A stretch of 64,000 nucleotides of DNA. Origin: an uncultured virus (IMG/VR IMGVR_UViG_3300027707_000912) (taxonomy: Duplodnaviria > Heunggongvirae > Uroviricota > Caudoviricetes). A program made the translations under genes and the position numbers. Below the pieces are notes generated by a model. It did no database searches. It was not told where the DNA came from and saw nothing but the letters and a program-made list of their open reading frames with translations. This document shows, piece by piece, positions 47,085-55,140 of the stretch. The DNA is taken from the IMG/VR virus record IMGVR_UViG_3300027707_000912; one strand, 5' to 3'. Positions within the stretch are counted from its first letter, which is position 1; each line of letters starts with the position of its first letter.

Positions 47085-47420
47085 ATGAATACATCACAAT
47101 TTAAGAAATATACACAGGATTTATTTAATTTAGATCTTTGGGTTAAAAACATTAAAGAACATGCACCGCAAATTAGTGCAGAAACCGCAGGATGGATTGC
47201 TGTAGTGCTATTGCACTTAGCAACAATCCCCACAATGATTGCTGTTATGACTGGATTAACAGAGAAAATGCCACCAGTTGACATGGTCTTGTTTAGCTGG
47301 CTAGGTTTGTTCTTATTTTTTGTTAAAGCAACAATTCAAAAGGATTTACTCAATATCGTAACAATCGGGCTTGGATTTTTTGTCCAAGCAAGTTTACTTG
47401 CTTTAATTGTGTTTAAGTAG
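47085..47420 (+). CDS. three-TM membrane protein
   Basis: three hydrophobic helices; follows hydrolase. Confidence 0.65.
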   Translation: MNTSQFKKYTQDLFNLDLWVKNIKEHAPQISAETAGWIAVVLLHLATIPTMIAVMTGLTEKMPPVDMVLFSWLGLFLFFVKATIQKDLLNIVTIGLGFFVQASLLALIVFK

Positions 47421-47508
47421 TCAAAAAGATTGTAAAGTGAAACCCTGTTAGTATATAATCAGCTAACAGGTGTTTTACTGATAAATATAAGATATTAAGG
47501 AGCATACA

Positions 47509-48084
47509 ATGCCATCAGGATTCCAACAAGATTCAAACCAATTACAACCAAACTTCTATAGAGTAGCGATCGATACTAGCTCAGCTACCTATTACCCAAC
47601 TGCTGACGGTAATACCAACGGTGGTATTACTTCAAACGGCTGGGACGCACTTGCAACTGCACCAACCACACTAGTCAAGGGTAAAGCCCGTGCTAGGGGT
47701 AATATGCGTTTCCGCAACATTATCAACGCCTTAACAGGATTAACCGACTGCCAGATTTTAGATGTTACTATGGCAGGCGAAACTGTAGGCGATGACCAAG
47801 CTACATCATGTACGTTCACAGTTAAATTTGAGCGCGATGCATACATTCCAACTACTGGAACTGATATTGCCGGTGGATCAATTACTACAAAAGCACTATA
47901 CGTTAAAAACACAGTTGCTAATGCAATTCGTCAAGAAACATCAGCTTCATGTAGAGTATATGATCCAACTACTGCTGAAGGTACACAACTAAGCCTTACA
48001 GTCTCAGCCGCCAGTACAGCTACCAATACACTTGGTACTGTTACTGTTTCATTAATTGATACTGTCACTGTAATTAACGCTTAA
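47509..48084 (+). CDS. putative structural protein
   Basis: TAAATA + AGGAG; Thr/Ala-rich. Confidence 0.6.
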   Translation: MPSGFQQDSNQLQPNFYRVAIDTSSATYYPTADGNTNGGITSNGWDALATAPTTLVKGKARARGNMRFRNIINALTGLTDCQILDVTMAGETVGDDQATSCTFTVKFERDAYIPTTGTDIAGGSITTKALYVKNTVANAIRQETSASCRVYDPTTAEGTQLSLTVSAASTATNTLGTVTVSLIDTVTVINA

Positions 48085-48086
48085 TA

Positions 48087-49292
48087 ATGATTTTAGCCTG
48101 GTTATTACTACTTACTGGTCTCACCATTTCTGTAGTCGCAATTTACTACTCTGTAGTAGGTTTGACTGCTATCTTTTCCGCGGCAGTCATTCCTATCATT
48201 GTAATGGGATCAGCCCTAGAGGTTGGCAAACTAGTATGTGCTAGCTGGCTTAAAGCCAATTGGGAACGTGCTCCTGCTTACATGAAGTATTACATGATTT
48301 TGGCAGTGGCTATTCTCATGCTTATTACTAGTATGGGTATTTTTGGATTCCTTTCCAAAGCACACAACGACCAAAATCTAGTCAGTGGTGATGTCCAAAG
48401 TAAGATTGCCATATACGACGAAAAAATTAAAACAGAACGAGAAAACATTGAAGCCAATCGTAAAGCACTCAAGCAAATGGATGCTACGATTGACGAAACG
48501 ATTGCTCGTAGTAAAACAGATCAAGGTGCTGTTAATGCCAATGCTATGCGTCAGCGACAGTCTAAAGAAAGAACTCAAATACAGGCTGACATTGCTAAAT
48601 CTCAAAAGTCAATTGTTGCCTTAAATGAAGAACGTTCTCCAATTGCCGCAGAAGTTCGAAAAGTAGAAGCTGAAGTAGGACCAATCAAATACATTGCCAA
48701 ATTCATCTACGGTGATCATGGCGCAGATGAAAACATGTTGGAAAAAGCAGTAACATGGATCATCATAATGATTGTTGTTGTATTTGATCCGTTAGCAGTT
48801 ATCATGTTGCTGGCCGCACAAATGACATTTGGCTGGCGTAAAGAAGAATCTAAAGATGGTGCATTACTAGTAGATAAAGATAATACTATAGTAGGCATTG
48901 TTCCTCCTATTATTCAAGAACCAAACACAGAAATTAAACAAACACACACAGAAGAAGTTCCAAGCGAAACACCGTCGACTGCACTAGGAGGTGATATAAC
49001 AGCGCCGGAGGAACCTGTAGAAGAAGTACCTACAGAGTCAGAGCTAGAAAAATGGAATACAATGATAGAAGAAGCTGAGAAAGCAGTTGAGGCTGAAAAA
49101 ATTGAAGCTGAACTTAATAGGGGTGAACACCTTTTAAAAGTAGAAGCCGATGCCCAACTACCTATTGCTAACGATACACCGGCAAAAACAATTTCACTAG
49201 CTGAACTATGGGGCCAGGAAGACGAGTCTAAAAAAAAGACTTACATGATCAAGAACCCGGACGGACAGTTGCAAGTGAAGACACGGGAGTAA
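48087..49292 (+). CDS. multi-TM coiled-coil membrane protein
   Basis: 3 N-terminal TMs, long coiled coil, VFDPLAV TM, acidic tail. Confidence 0.75.
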   Translation: MILAWLLLLTGLTISVVAIYYSVVGLTAIFSAAVIPIIVMGSALEVGKLVCASWLKANWERAPAYMKYYMILAVAILMLITSMGIFGFLSKAHNDQNLVSGDVQSKIAIYDEKIKTERENIEANRKALKQMDATIDETIARSKTDQGAVNANAMRQRQSKERTQIQADIAKSQKSIVALNEERSPIAAEVRKVEAEVGPIKYIAKFIYGDHGADENMLEKAVTWIIIMIVVVFDPLAVIMLLAAQMTFGWRKEESKDGALLVDKDNTIVGIVPPIIQEPNTEIKQTHTEEVPSETPSTALGGDITAPEEPVEEVPTESELEKWNTMIEEAEKAVEAEKIEAELNRGEHLLKVEADAQLPIANDTPAKTISLAELWGQEDESKKKTYMIKNPDGQLQVKTRE

Positions 49293-49579
49293 TAGGATAC
49301 GTACAAAATGCCGAGCAAGGTGCTGATACACTTTGGGCAAGAATACAAGATCGAAGTTCAGTTGATATATTCAAACCAATGGATCGTCTTTACATAGAGT
49401 TTGATAAAGATCGATTTGAAGGTATAGATGCATCACAGGAATTAGAGATAGATCGATTTATTAAAGCTATACAAGATGGTACACATAAGTTTGACGACTA
49501 TGGGCCATCAGACATCGAATACTTTGCAAGCAGGATATATGAACTTAGGAAAAATAACAGTAATAACACCGCCGGATAA
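49232..49579 (+). CDS. putative -1 frameshift alternative C-terminus of the 48087 gene (track ORF 49379..49579)
   Basis: -1 frame opens exactly at A_AAA_AAG (TAA just before), no start codon until 49379. Confidence 0.6.
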   Translation, partial: KKDLHDQEPGRTVASEDTGVIGYVQNAEQGADTLWARIQDRSSVDIFKPMDRLYIEFDKDRFEGIDASQELEIDRFIKAIQDGTHKFDDYGPSDIEYFASRIYELRKNNSNNTAG

Positions 49580-49955
49580 ACTATTCAATTTGAATTTAAG
49601 TTATCTGTTAGTTAAGCCATCGATATATGTAAAACAACAGTTTCAAGCAATATTGAGTAAAAGCATAGATGATTTAAACATATTCATGTACGAGCATGAA
49701 GAAACTGATATTAGTTGGATGTTAAGTGTTTCACAGCAGGTAGATGTGGTAATAGTAGATGTTGATAACTGTGATCCAATCACAAGACAGTTTATCACAT
49801 TTCTAATAGCACAACCAAATGCATACTATATAACTAGTGATGAAATTACACCATATAATTTAATTTCAAAAAACAGGATTTATAACCTGGACAGTATTGT
49901 TGAACAACTTACTGACCCAGAAGATGATGAGGACTCAGATGAATCAGAAGAGTAA
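49539..49955 (+). CDS. hypothetical phage protein
   Basis: AGGA RBS; VITPPD. Confidence 0.7.
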   Translation: MNLGKITVITPPDKLFNLNLSYLLVKPSIYVKQQFQAILSKSIDDLNIFMYEHEETDISWMLSVSQQVDVVIVDVDNCDPITRQFITFLIAQPNAYYITSDEITPYNLISKNRIYNLDSIVEQLTDPEDDEDSDESEE

Positions 49956-50169
49956 AGGTACAGGTATTACCGTTAGAGATAACGAGAATATTAATCAAGC
50001 ACTACGCCGTTTCAAACGTAAAGTTGAAGATGCAGGCATTTTAGACGACCTACGTGCGAAAGAGTTTTACGAGAAACCAACAACTGCTCGTAAACGTGCC
50101 AAAGGTGCGGCCAAAGCACGTTGGCGCAAGAAGCTCGAAAAAGAGAGTTTACCAAAGAAAATGTATTGA
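49939..50169 (+). CDS. rpsU: ribosomal protein bS21
   Basis: [27 protein letters not shown]. Confidence 0.93.
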   Translation: MNQKSKGTGITVRDNENINQALRRFKRKVEDAGILDDLRAKEFYEKPTTARKRAKGAAKARWRKKLEKESLPKKMY

Positions 50170-50194
50170 CATTGCGTTATATCTGTGTTATACT
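50166..50194 (+). promoter_or_regulatory. sigma70-type promoter
   Basis: TTGACA-17nt-TATACT. Confidence 0.85.
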
Positions 50195-50222
50195 TTAAGT
50201 TCACAATAAAGAAAGAACTTAA

Positions 50223-50807
50223 ATGGCGAATACAGATGTAATGATCGATTTAGAAACTCTAAATACTACACCAGATTCAACTATCCTTACAATTGGTGCA
50301 GTAAAGTTTGATCCGTTTGGAAAAGAACTACAAGAACCTAAAATGGATAGTTTTTACTGTCGAGTAGATGTTGATAGCTGTGACAGGATTGGGTTAACAA
50401 CAAGTGACGATACCATTGCATGGTGGGCTCAACAAAGTAAAGAAGCGCAAGAAGCCGCTTTTGATCCCAATGATAGAATTGATATAGAAGAAGCATTTGC
50501 TCGCCTGTACAAATTCTGCTGGGGCGCAAAACGTGTTTGGAGTAATGGCAGTTGTTTTGACATTATCATTTGCGAACATGTTTTCCGTAAAATTAATCGT
50601 GCTGTTCCTTGGAAGTTTTGGGAAGTGCGTGATGTACGCACAGCATTTGATTTGGGTATCAATCCACTGCGTCCACCAGTTACAGCACACCATGCGTTAG
50701 AAGATGCGTGGAATCAAGCAGTAGGTATTCAAAATGTATACAACACATTGCGTACCAGTACAACTAGCGGTGGAACATACATCGCACCTTTTGCAAAGAC
50801 AAACTAA
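50223..50807 (+). CDS. DEDDh 3'-5' exonuclease (DexA/Rv2179c-like)
   Basis: MIDLETL, WSNG..FD, RDVRT, HHALEDA. Confidence 0.9.
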   Translation: MANTDVMIDLETLNTTPDSTILTIGAVKFDPFGKELQEPKMDSFYCRVDVDSCDRIGLTTSDDTIAWWAQQSKEAQEAAFDPNDRIDIEEAFARLYKFCWGAKRVWSNGSCFDIIICEHVFRKINRAVPWKFWEVRDVRTAFDLGINPLRPPVTAHHALEDAWNQAVGIQNVYNTLRTSTTSGGTYIAPFAKTN

Positions 50808-50808
50808 A

Positions 50809-51093
50809 ATGGAAACAAACAACAACGAAGTAATGGATATCCTCCAAGAGGAAGCCGCAGAAGTAATACAGGCAGTAAGTAAGATTCGTAGATTTGGCAT
50901 GGATAATGGAAAACATGGAACTAACCAAACTAACAAAGAGCATTTAGAAGAAGAACTGGGCGATATGTTAGCTATGATTGATATTCTAATGATTAACAAT
51001 GTTGTTAGTTGGAGTAGCTTACATGCGGCTAAACGTGCTAAAATAGAGAAGTTAAAAAAGTGGTCAAATATTCCTAATTTAGAGAATATCTGA
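50809..51093 (+). CDS. MazG-like nucleotide pyrophosphohydrolase
   Basis: QEEAAEVIQAVSK..EEELGD. Confidence 0.8.
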   Translation: METNNNEVMDILQEEAAEVIQAVSKIRRFGMDNGKHGTNQTNKEHLEEELGDMLAMIDILMINNVVSWSSLHAAKRAKIEKLKKWSNIPNLENI

Positions 51094-51105
51094 GATAAAT
51101 AAATT

Positions 51106-51160
51106 TGTAGAATGCCGTAAGGGTCTACATATTCTTGCTTAATTAAAGGAGAACAATATG
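51106..51160 (+). promoter_or_regulatory. ROSE-like RNA thermometer upstream of dnaK
   Basis: 5' hairpin, then TTCTTGCTT pairing with AAGGAGAA with bulged G. Confidence 0.7.
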
Positions 51161-53059
51161 AGCAAAATCATCGGTATCGATTTAGGTACAACAAATAGCT
51201 GTGTAGCAGTCCTAGAAAACGGAGTTGCTAAAGTAATTGAAAACAGCGAGGGCGCAAGAACAACGCCATCAATCATTGCATATACAAAGGACGACATCCT
51301 AGTAGGTGCAACAGCAAAACGACAAGCAGTCACAAACCCCAAAAATACAATCTACGCCAGCAAGCGCCTTATTGGTCGCAAGTTTGACGAAGCCGCAGTA
51401 CAAAAAGATATAGACTTAATGCCATATACTATTGTCAAGGCTGACAATGGCGATGCGTGGATTGAGGCTAACGGCGAAAAGCTAGCACCACAACAGGTGT
51501 CTGCTGAAGTACTTCGCAAAATGAAAAAGACTGCTGAAGACTATTTGGGCCACGAAGTAACACAAGCCGTTATTACTGTTCCGGCATATTTTAATGATAG
51601 CCAACGTCAAGCAACGAAAGATGCTGGACGCATTGCTGGCTTAGAAGTGTTGCGTATTATCAATGAGCCAACAGCGGCGGCATTGAGTTATGGGGTTGAT
51701 AAGACAGACAAGAAGGATCGCAAGATTGCAGTTTACGACTTAGGTGGTGGTACATTTGATATCTCCATTATTGAAATTGCCAACATCGATGGCGACAAAC
51801 AAATTGAAGTACTATCAACAAACGGTGATACATTCTTGGGCGGTGAAGACTTTGACCAAGTGTTAATGGATTACCTAGTTGCAGAATTTAAGAAAGATAA
51901 CGGCATTGATCTTAAACAAGACATGTTGGCTCTACAGCGTTTGAAAGAATCCGCTGAAAAAGCTAAGATTGAATTGTCTAGCACAACTAGCACAGCCGTT
52001 AACTTACCATACATTACCGCAGATGCTAGTGGTCCCAAGCACATGAATGTAACTATTAATCGTGCTAAGTTTGAATCAATGGTTGAAGAATTAATCAAAC
52101 GTTCAATTGAGCCATGTAAAATTGCTATGAAAGACGCAGGTGTTACTAATGCTGACATTGACGAAATTATTCTTGTTGGTGGCCAAACACGTATGCCTAA
52201 AGTACAAGAAGCAGTTGAAAAGTTCTTTGGTAAAGCACCACGTAAGGATGTTAATCCAGACGAAGCAGTTGCCGCAGGCGCCGCCATACAAGGTGCTGTG
52301 CTAGCTGGCGATAAGACAGATGTTCTATTACTAGACGTTACTCCATTGACACTAGGTATTGAAACAATGGGTGGTGTAATGACCAAGTTGATTAAAAAGA
52401 ATACAACTATTCCAACTAAGCATAGTCAAACATTTTCAACAGCGGACGACAATCAGCCAGCAGTTACTATCAAAGTGGCGCAGGGCGAACGTGAATTGTT
52501 TAAGTACAACAAATCGTTAGGTGAGTTTAATTTAGAAGGTATTGCTCCAGCACCGCGTGGCACACCGCAAATTGAAGTTACACTAGACATTGACGCAAAC
52601 GGTATTCTTAATGTAAGTGCCAAAGATAAAAACACTGGCAAAGAAAATAAGATTACTATCAAATCTGATTCTGGATTAACTGAAGCTGAAATTGAACGTA
52701 TGGTTCGTGAAGCTGAAGAAAATGCAGAGTCTGATAAAAAGGCTCGTGAGCTTATTGAAGCTCGTAATCAAGCCGATGCTCAACGTCATCAGTTCCAAAA
52801 GGACTTTGACGAAGTTAAAGACCAATTAACTGATGAAGAGAAGAGTAAGATTGAAGAAGCACTCACAGCAATGGACACAGCCCATGCAGGTGATGATGTG
52901 GAAGCAATCACAAAATCTGTACAGACACTTTTTGAATCAGCAACTCCTGTGTTTGAAAAGAAACAAGCCGCAGAGCAAGCCAAACAACAGGCTCCGCAAA
53001 CCGGTGAACAAACAGTAGATGCAAGCTTCACAGAAGTTGACTCTACAGAAAAAAAGTAA
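51158..53059 (+). CDS. dnaK: chaperone DnaK (Hsp70)
   Basis: [25 protein letters not shown]. Confidence 0.98.
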   Translation: MSKIIGIDLGTTNSCVAVLENGVAKVIENSEGARTTPSIIAYTKDDILVGATAKRQAVTNPKNTIYASKRLIGRKFDEAAVQKDIDLMPYTIVKADNGDAWIEANGEKLAPQQVSAEVLRKMKKTAEDYLGHEVTQAVITVPAYFNDSQRQATKDAGRIAGLEVLRIINEPTAAALSYGVDKTDKKDRKIAVYDLGGGTFDISIIEIANIDGDKQIEVLSTNGDTFLGGEDFDQVLMDYLVAEFKKDNGIDLKQDMLALQRLKESAEKAKIELSSTTSTAVNLPYITADASGPKHMNVTINRAKFESMVEELIKRSIEPCKIAMKDAGVTNADIDEIILVGGQTRMPKVQEAVEKFFGKAPRKDVNPDEAVAAGAAIQGAVLAGDKTDVLLLDVTPLTLGIETMGGVMTKLIKKNTTIPTKHSQTFSTADDNQPAVTIKVAQGERELFKYNKSLGEFNLEGIAPAPRGTPQIEVTLDIDANGILNVSAKDKNTGKENKITIKSDSGLTEAEIERMVREAEENAESDKKARELIEARNQADAQRHQFQKDFDEVKDQLTDEEKSKIEEALTAMDTAHAGDDVEAITKSVQTLFESATPVFEKKQAAEQAKQQAPQTGEQTVDASFTEVDSTEKK

Positions 53060-53071
53060 TATAATAACAAC

Positions 53072-53126
53072 GTAGGGTGCCTCCGGGGCCCTACAAATGT
53101 TCTTGCTAATAAGGAGATCTAAAATG
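53072..53126 (+). promoter_or_regulatory. ROSE-like RNA thermometer upstream of hsp20
   Basis: GC-rich 5' hairpin, then TCTTGCT-aata-AGGAGA. Confidence 0.75.
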
Positions 53127-53549
53127 ACACACCAATTAAGAACAATTGACACAGCCGCTCTAGCACAACTGAGCAAAGCACTAGTGGGATTTGATCGCTA
53201 TTTTACAGCGCCGCATCACCAAAATGGAAACTATCCTCCACATAACATCGTGAAGTATAGCGATACGCATTATGGTATCGAAGTAGCAGTAGCAGGTTTT
53301 AGTAAAGAAGAAATTACAGTAGAAGTTGACCAAGATCAACTCACCGTAAAAGGATGTAAACTAAATCAAGCAGATAGTCGTTTTGAATATCTACATCGTG
53401 GCTTAGCCGCTAGGGACTTTGAACAAACATTTACTCTTGCTGAGTATATGGAGGTTAAAGGAGCAGAAGTAAAGGATGGTATGCTTGTGATTGAAATTGA
53501 GCGTATTGTTCCAGATGCACTCAAACCTCGTACTATCGAAATTAAATAA
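53124..53549 (+). CDS. small heat shock protein (IbpA-like Hsp20)
   Basis: YPPHNI, AVAGF, YLHRGLAAR.F, DGML. Confidence 0.95.
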   Translation: MTHQLRTIDTAALAQLSKALVGFDRYFTAPHHQNGNYPPHNIVKYSDTHYGIEVAVAGFSKEEITVEVDQDQLTVKGCKLNQADSRFEYLHRGLAARDFEQTFTLAEYMEVKGAEVKDGMLVIEIERIVPDALKPRTIEIK

Positions 53550-53563
53550 GTGTAAATAAACCC

Positions 53564-53587
53564 GGGGGAGGCAACTCCCCCAATTTT
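53564..53587 (+). terminator. hairpin, probable terminator
   Basis: GGGGGAG-GCAA-CTCCCCC then AATTTT. Confidence 0.6.
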
Positions 53588-53602
53588 AAAAAAGAGATAA
53601 CA

Positions 53603-53905
53603 ATGGCTAGCACTGATATTCAACTAGAAGAAAAGATTAAAATTAAAGTATCCGAACCAAAAAATTGGAAGGTTATTTTACTCAACGATGATTCAACCCC
53701 CATGGAATTTGTAATCTCATTGCTAATTGAAATCTTCAAACATACTCATGAAACAGCCCAAGCGATTATGTTCCAAGTACACGAAACTGGCTCCGGCATA
53801 GCTGGAATCTATAGTTTTGAAATTGCTGAAGCTAAAGCAGTTGAAGCAACTAATCAAGCTAGAGCAAATGGCTATCCGTTACAAATTAAACTGGAAGAAG
53901 AATGA
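53603..53905 (+). CDS. clpS: Clp protease adaptor ClpS
   Basis: VILLNDDSTPMEFV, VHETG, YPL. Confidence 0.93.
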   Translation: MASTDIQLEEKIKIKVSEPKNWKVILLNDDSTPMEFVISLLIEIFKHTHETAQAIMFQVHETGSGIAGIYSFEIAEAKAVEATNQARANGYPLQIKLEEE

Positions 53906-54453
53906 GCTTAAAAGACCTTACACACGATGCACACAGAGACGCTGAGACTCAGCCCTTTGTAAAAATATTGTTTTCTGGAAACATTAATCCAGAGCTATAT
54001 GCAACATACTTAAAGAACCAACACCCAATGTATGAAGTGTTAGAAGTATGTGCGATGCCGCATCAGTTGTTACACGGTCTGCCTGATATTCGTAGAGCAC
54101 CTGCTATCTTAGCGGACTTTATTGAATTGTGGCCGCATGAAGACATGCCGGCTATGACACCAGCAGTTGAAGAATATACCAAGTATATTTTAAGTATTAA
54201 AGATGATCCTAAGAAATTAATGGCACACATATATGTACGGCACATGGGCGACCTTGCAGGCGGACAAATGATTGCTAAACGTGTTCCGGGTTCGGGTAAG
54301 TATTATCAATTTGAAAATCCAGATGTGTTAAAAGCCGCTATCCGAGAACGCATCAGCGATGACATGGCAGACGAAGCTAAAGTGTGTTTTGACTTTGCTA
54401 AACGTTTCTTTCAAGACATGATGCCTATTGTTAAGTTGTACGGAGATGTATGA
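53902..54453 (+). CDS. heme oxygenase
   Basis: T..AH..AE proximal His; AHIYVRHMGDLAGGQMI. Confidence 0.92.
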   Translation: MSLKDLTHDAHRDAETQPFVKILFSGNINPELYATYLKNQHPMYEVLEVCAMPHQLLHGLPDIRRAPAILADFIELWPHEDMPAMTPAVEEYTKYILSIKDDPKKLMAHIYVRHMGDLAGGQMIAKRVPGSGKYYQFENPDVLKAAIRERISDDMADEAKVCFDFAKRFFQDMMPIVKLYGDV

Positions 54454-55130
54454 GCAAGGTATGGGATACGTTAATAGAAATACAACATCTATTGGAGAAC
54501 AGTTTTGATAACACTGGCACAGAAGTATTTGAACCGGGTATGGATCGCTTTAATCAACCAGGGTGGATTAATCGCGTATGGACTTCTGATAGTTACCGCC
54601 GCGCTCACGTTGATGTTGTAGACGCAAGAGACTCTAAAGGATTATGGATGATGCATTGTTGCATCTTTCCACATACTCATAACCCTGCACCTATCTATGG
54701 ATTTGATGTTATAGCTGGTAAGAACAAGATTACCGGTTGTTTTCACGATTACTCAAAAGCAGGCGATGCTGACCATCCAATGATGGCGTGGTTCCATGAT
54801 GAAGTAGCCAAATTAGAATGGCGCAGAGAACGTGCTTTGCCTGAATGGGCTACTAACATATTCAGTGGTAGTATGGTGGCCGCGGGTAACGTACAAGATG
54901 AAGCAGAACTAGAACAAATTACAAATCTAGCTAAAACTACAGTAGCACACTATCTAAGCACAGTAGCGGAAACAAACAACACAGCTGAAGATACAACACT
55001 AGCACAGAACTATTATGCACAAAATCAGAAGTGCAACCCCCATACACCGCGTGTGATGGTTAGTTTGGGGCTAAGTGAGGACGATGTACAGCACTTCATT
55101 CAGGAATGTTTGTTCCCAGAAATCCGATAA
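54450..55130 (+). CDS. pcyX: ferredoxin-dependent bilin reductase (PcyX/PcyA-like)
   Basis: RRAHVD, MMHCCIFP, PIYGFDVIAG, LPEWA..IFS, Q..NPHT; coupled to heme oxygenase. Confidence 0.8.
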   Translation: MSKVWDTLIEIQHLLENSFDNTGTEVFEPGMDRFNQPGWINRVWTSDSYRRAHVDVVDARDSKGLWMMHCCIFPHTHNPAPIYGFDVIAGKNKITGCFHDYSKAGDADHPMMAWFHDEVAKLEWRRERALPEWATNIFSGSMVAAGNVQDEAELEQITNLAKTTVAHYLSTVAETNNTAEDTTLAQNYYAQNQKCNPHTPRVMVSLGLSEDDVQHFIQECLFPEIR

Positions 55131-55140
55131 ATACTCTACT

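Noticed and set aside
53050..53065. In-frame A_AAA_AAG at the end of dnaK
   Set aside because: The -1 frame stops after two codons (GTA ATA TAA), so there is no meaningful extension. It also shows the heptamer can arise by chance in Lys runs.
51158..55130. Window being a bacterial chromosome because of dnaK, isc, rpsU and hemA
   Set aside because: These genes lack their usual operon partners and are interleaved with phage structural genes and phage-type promoters.
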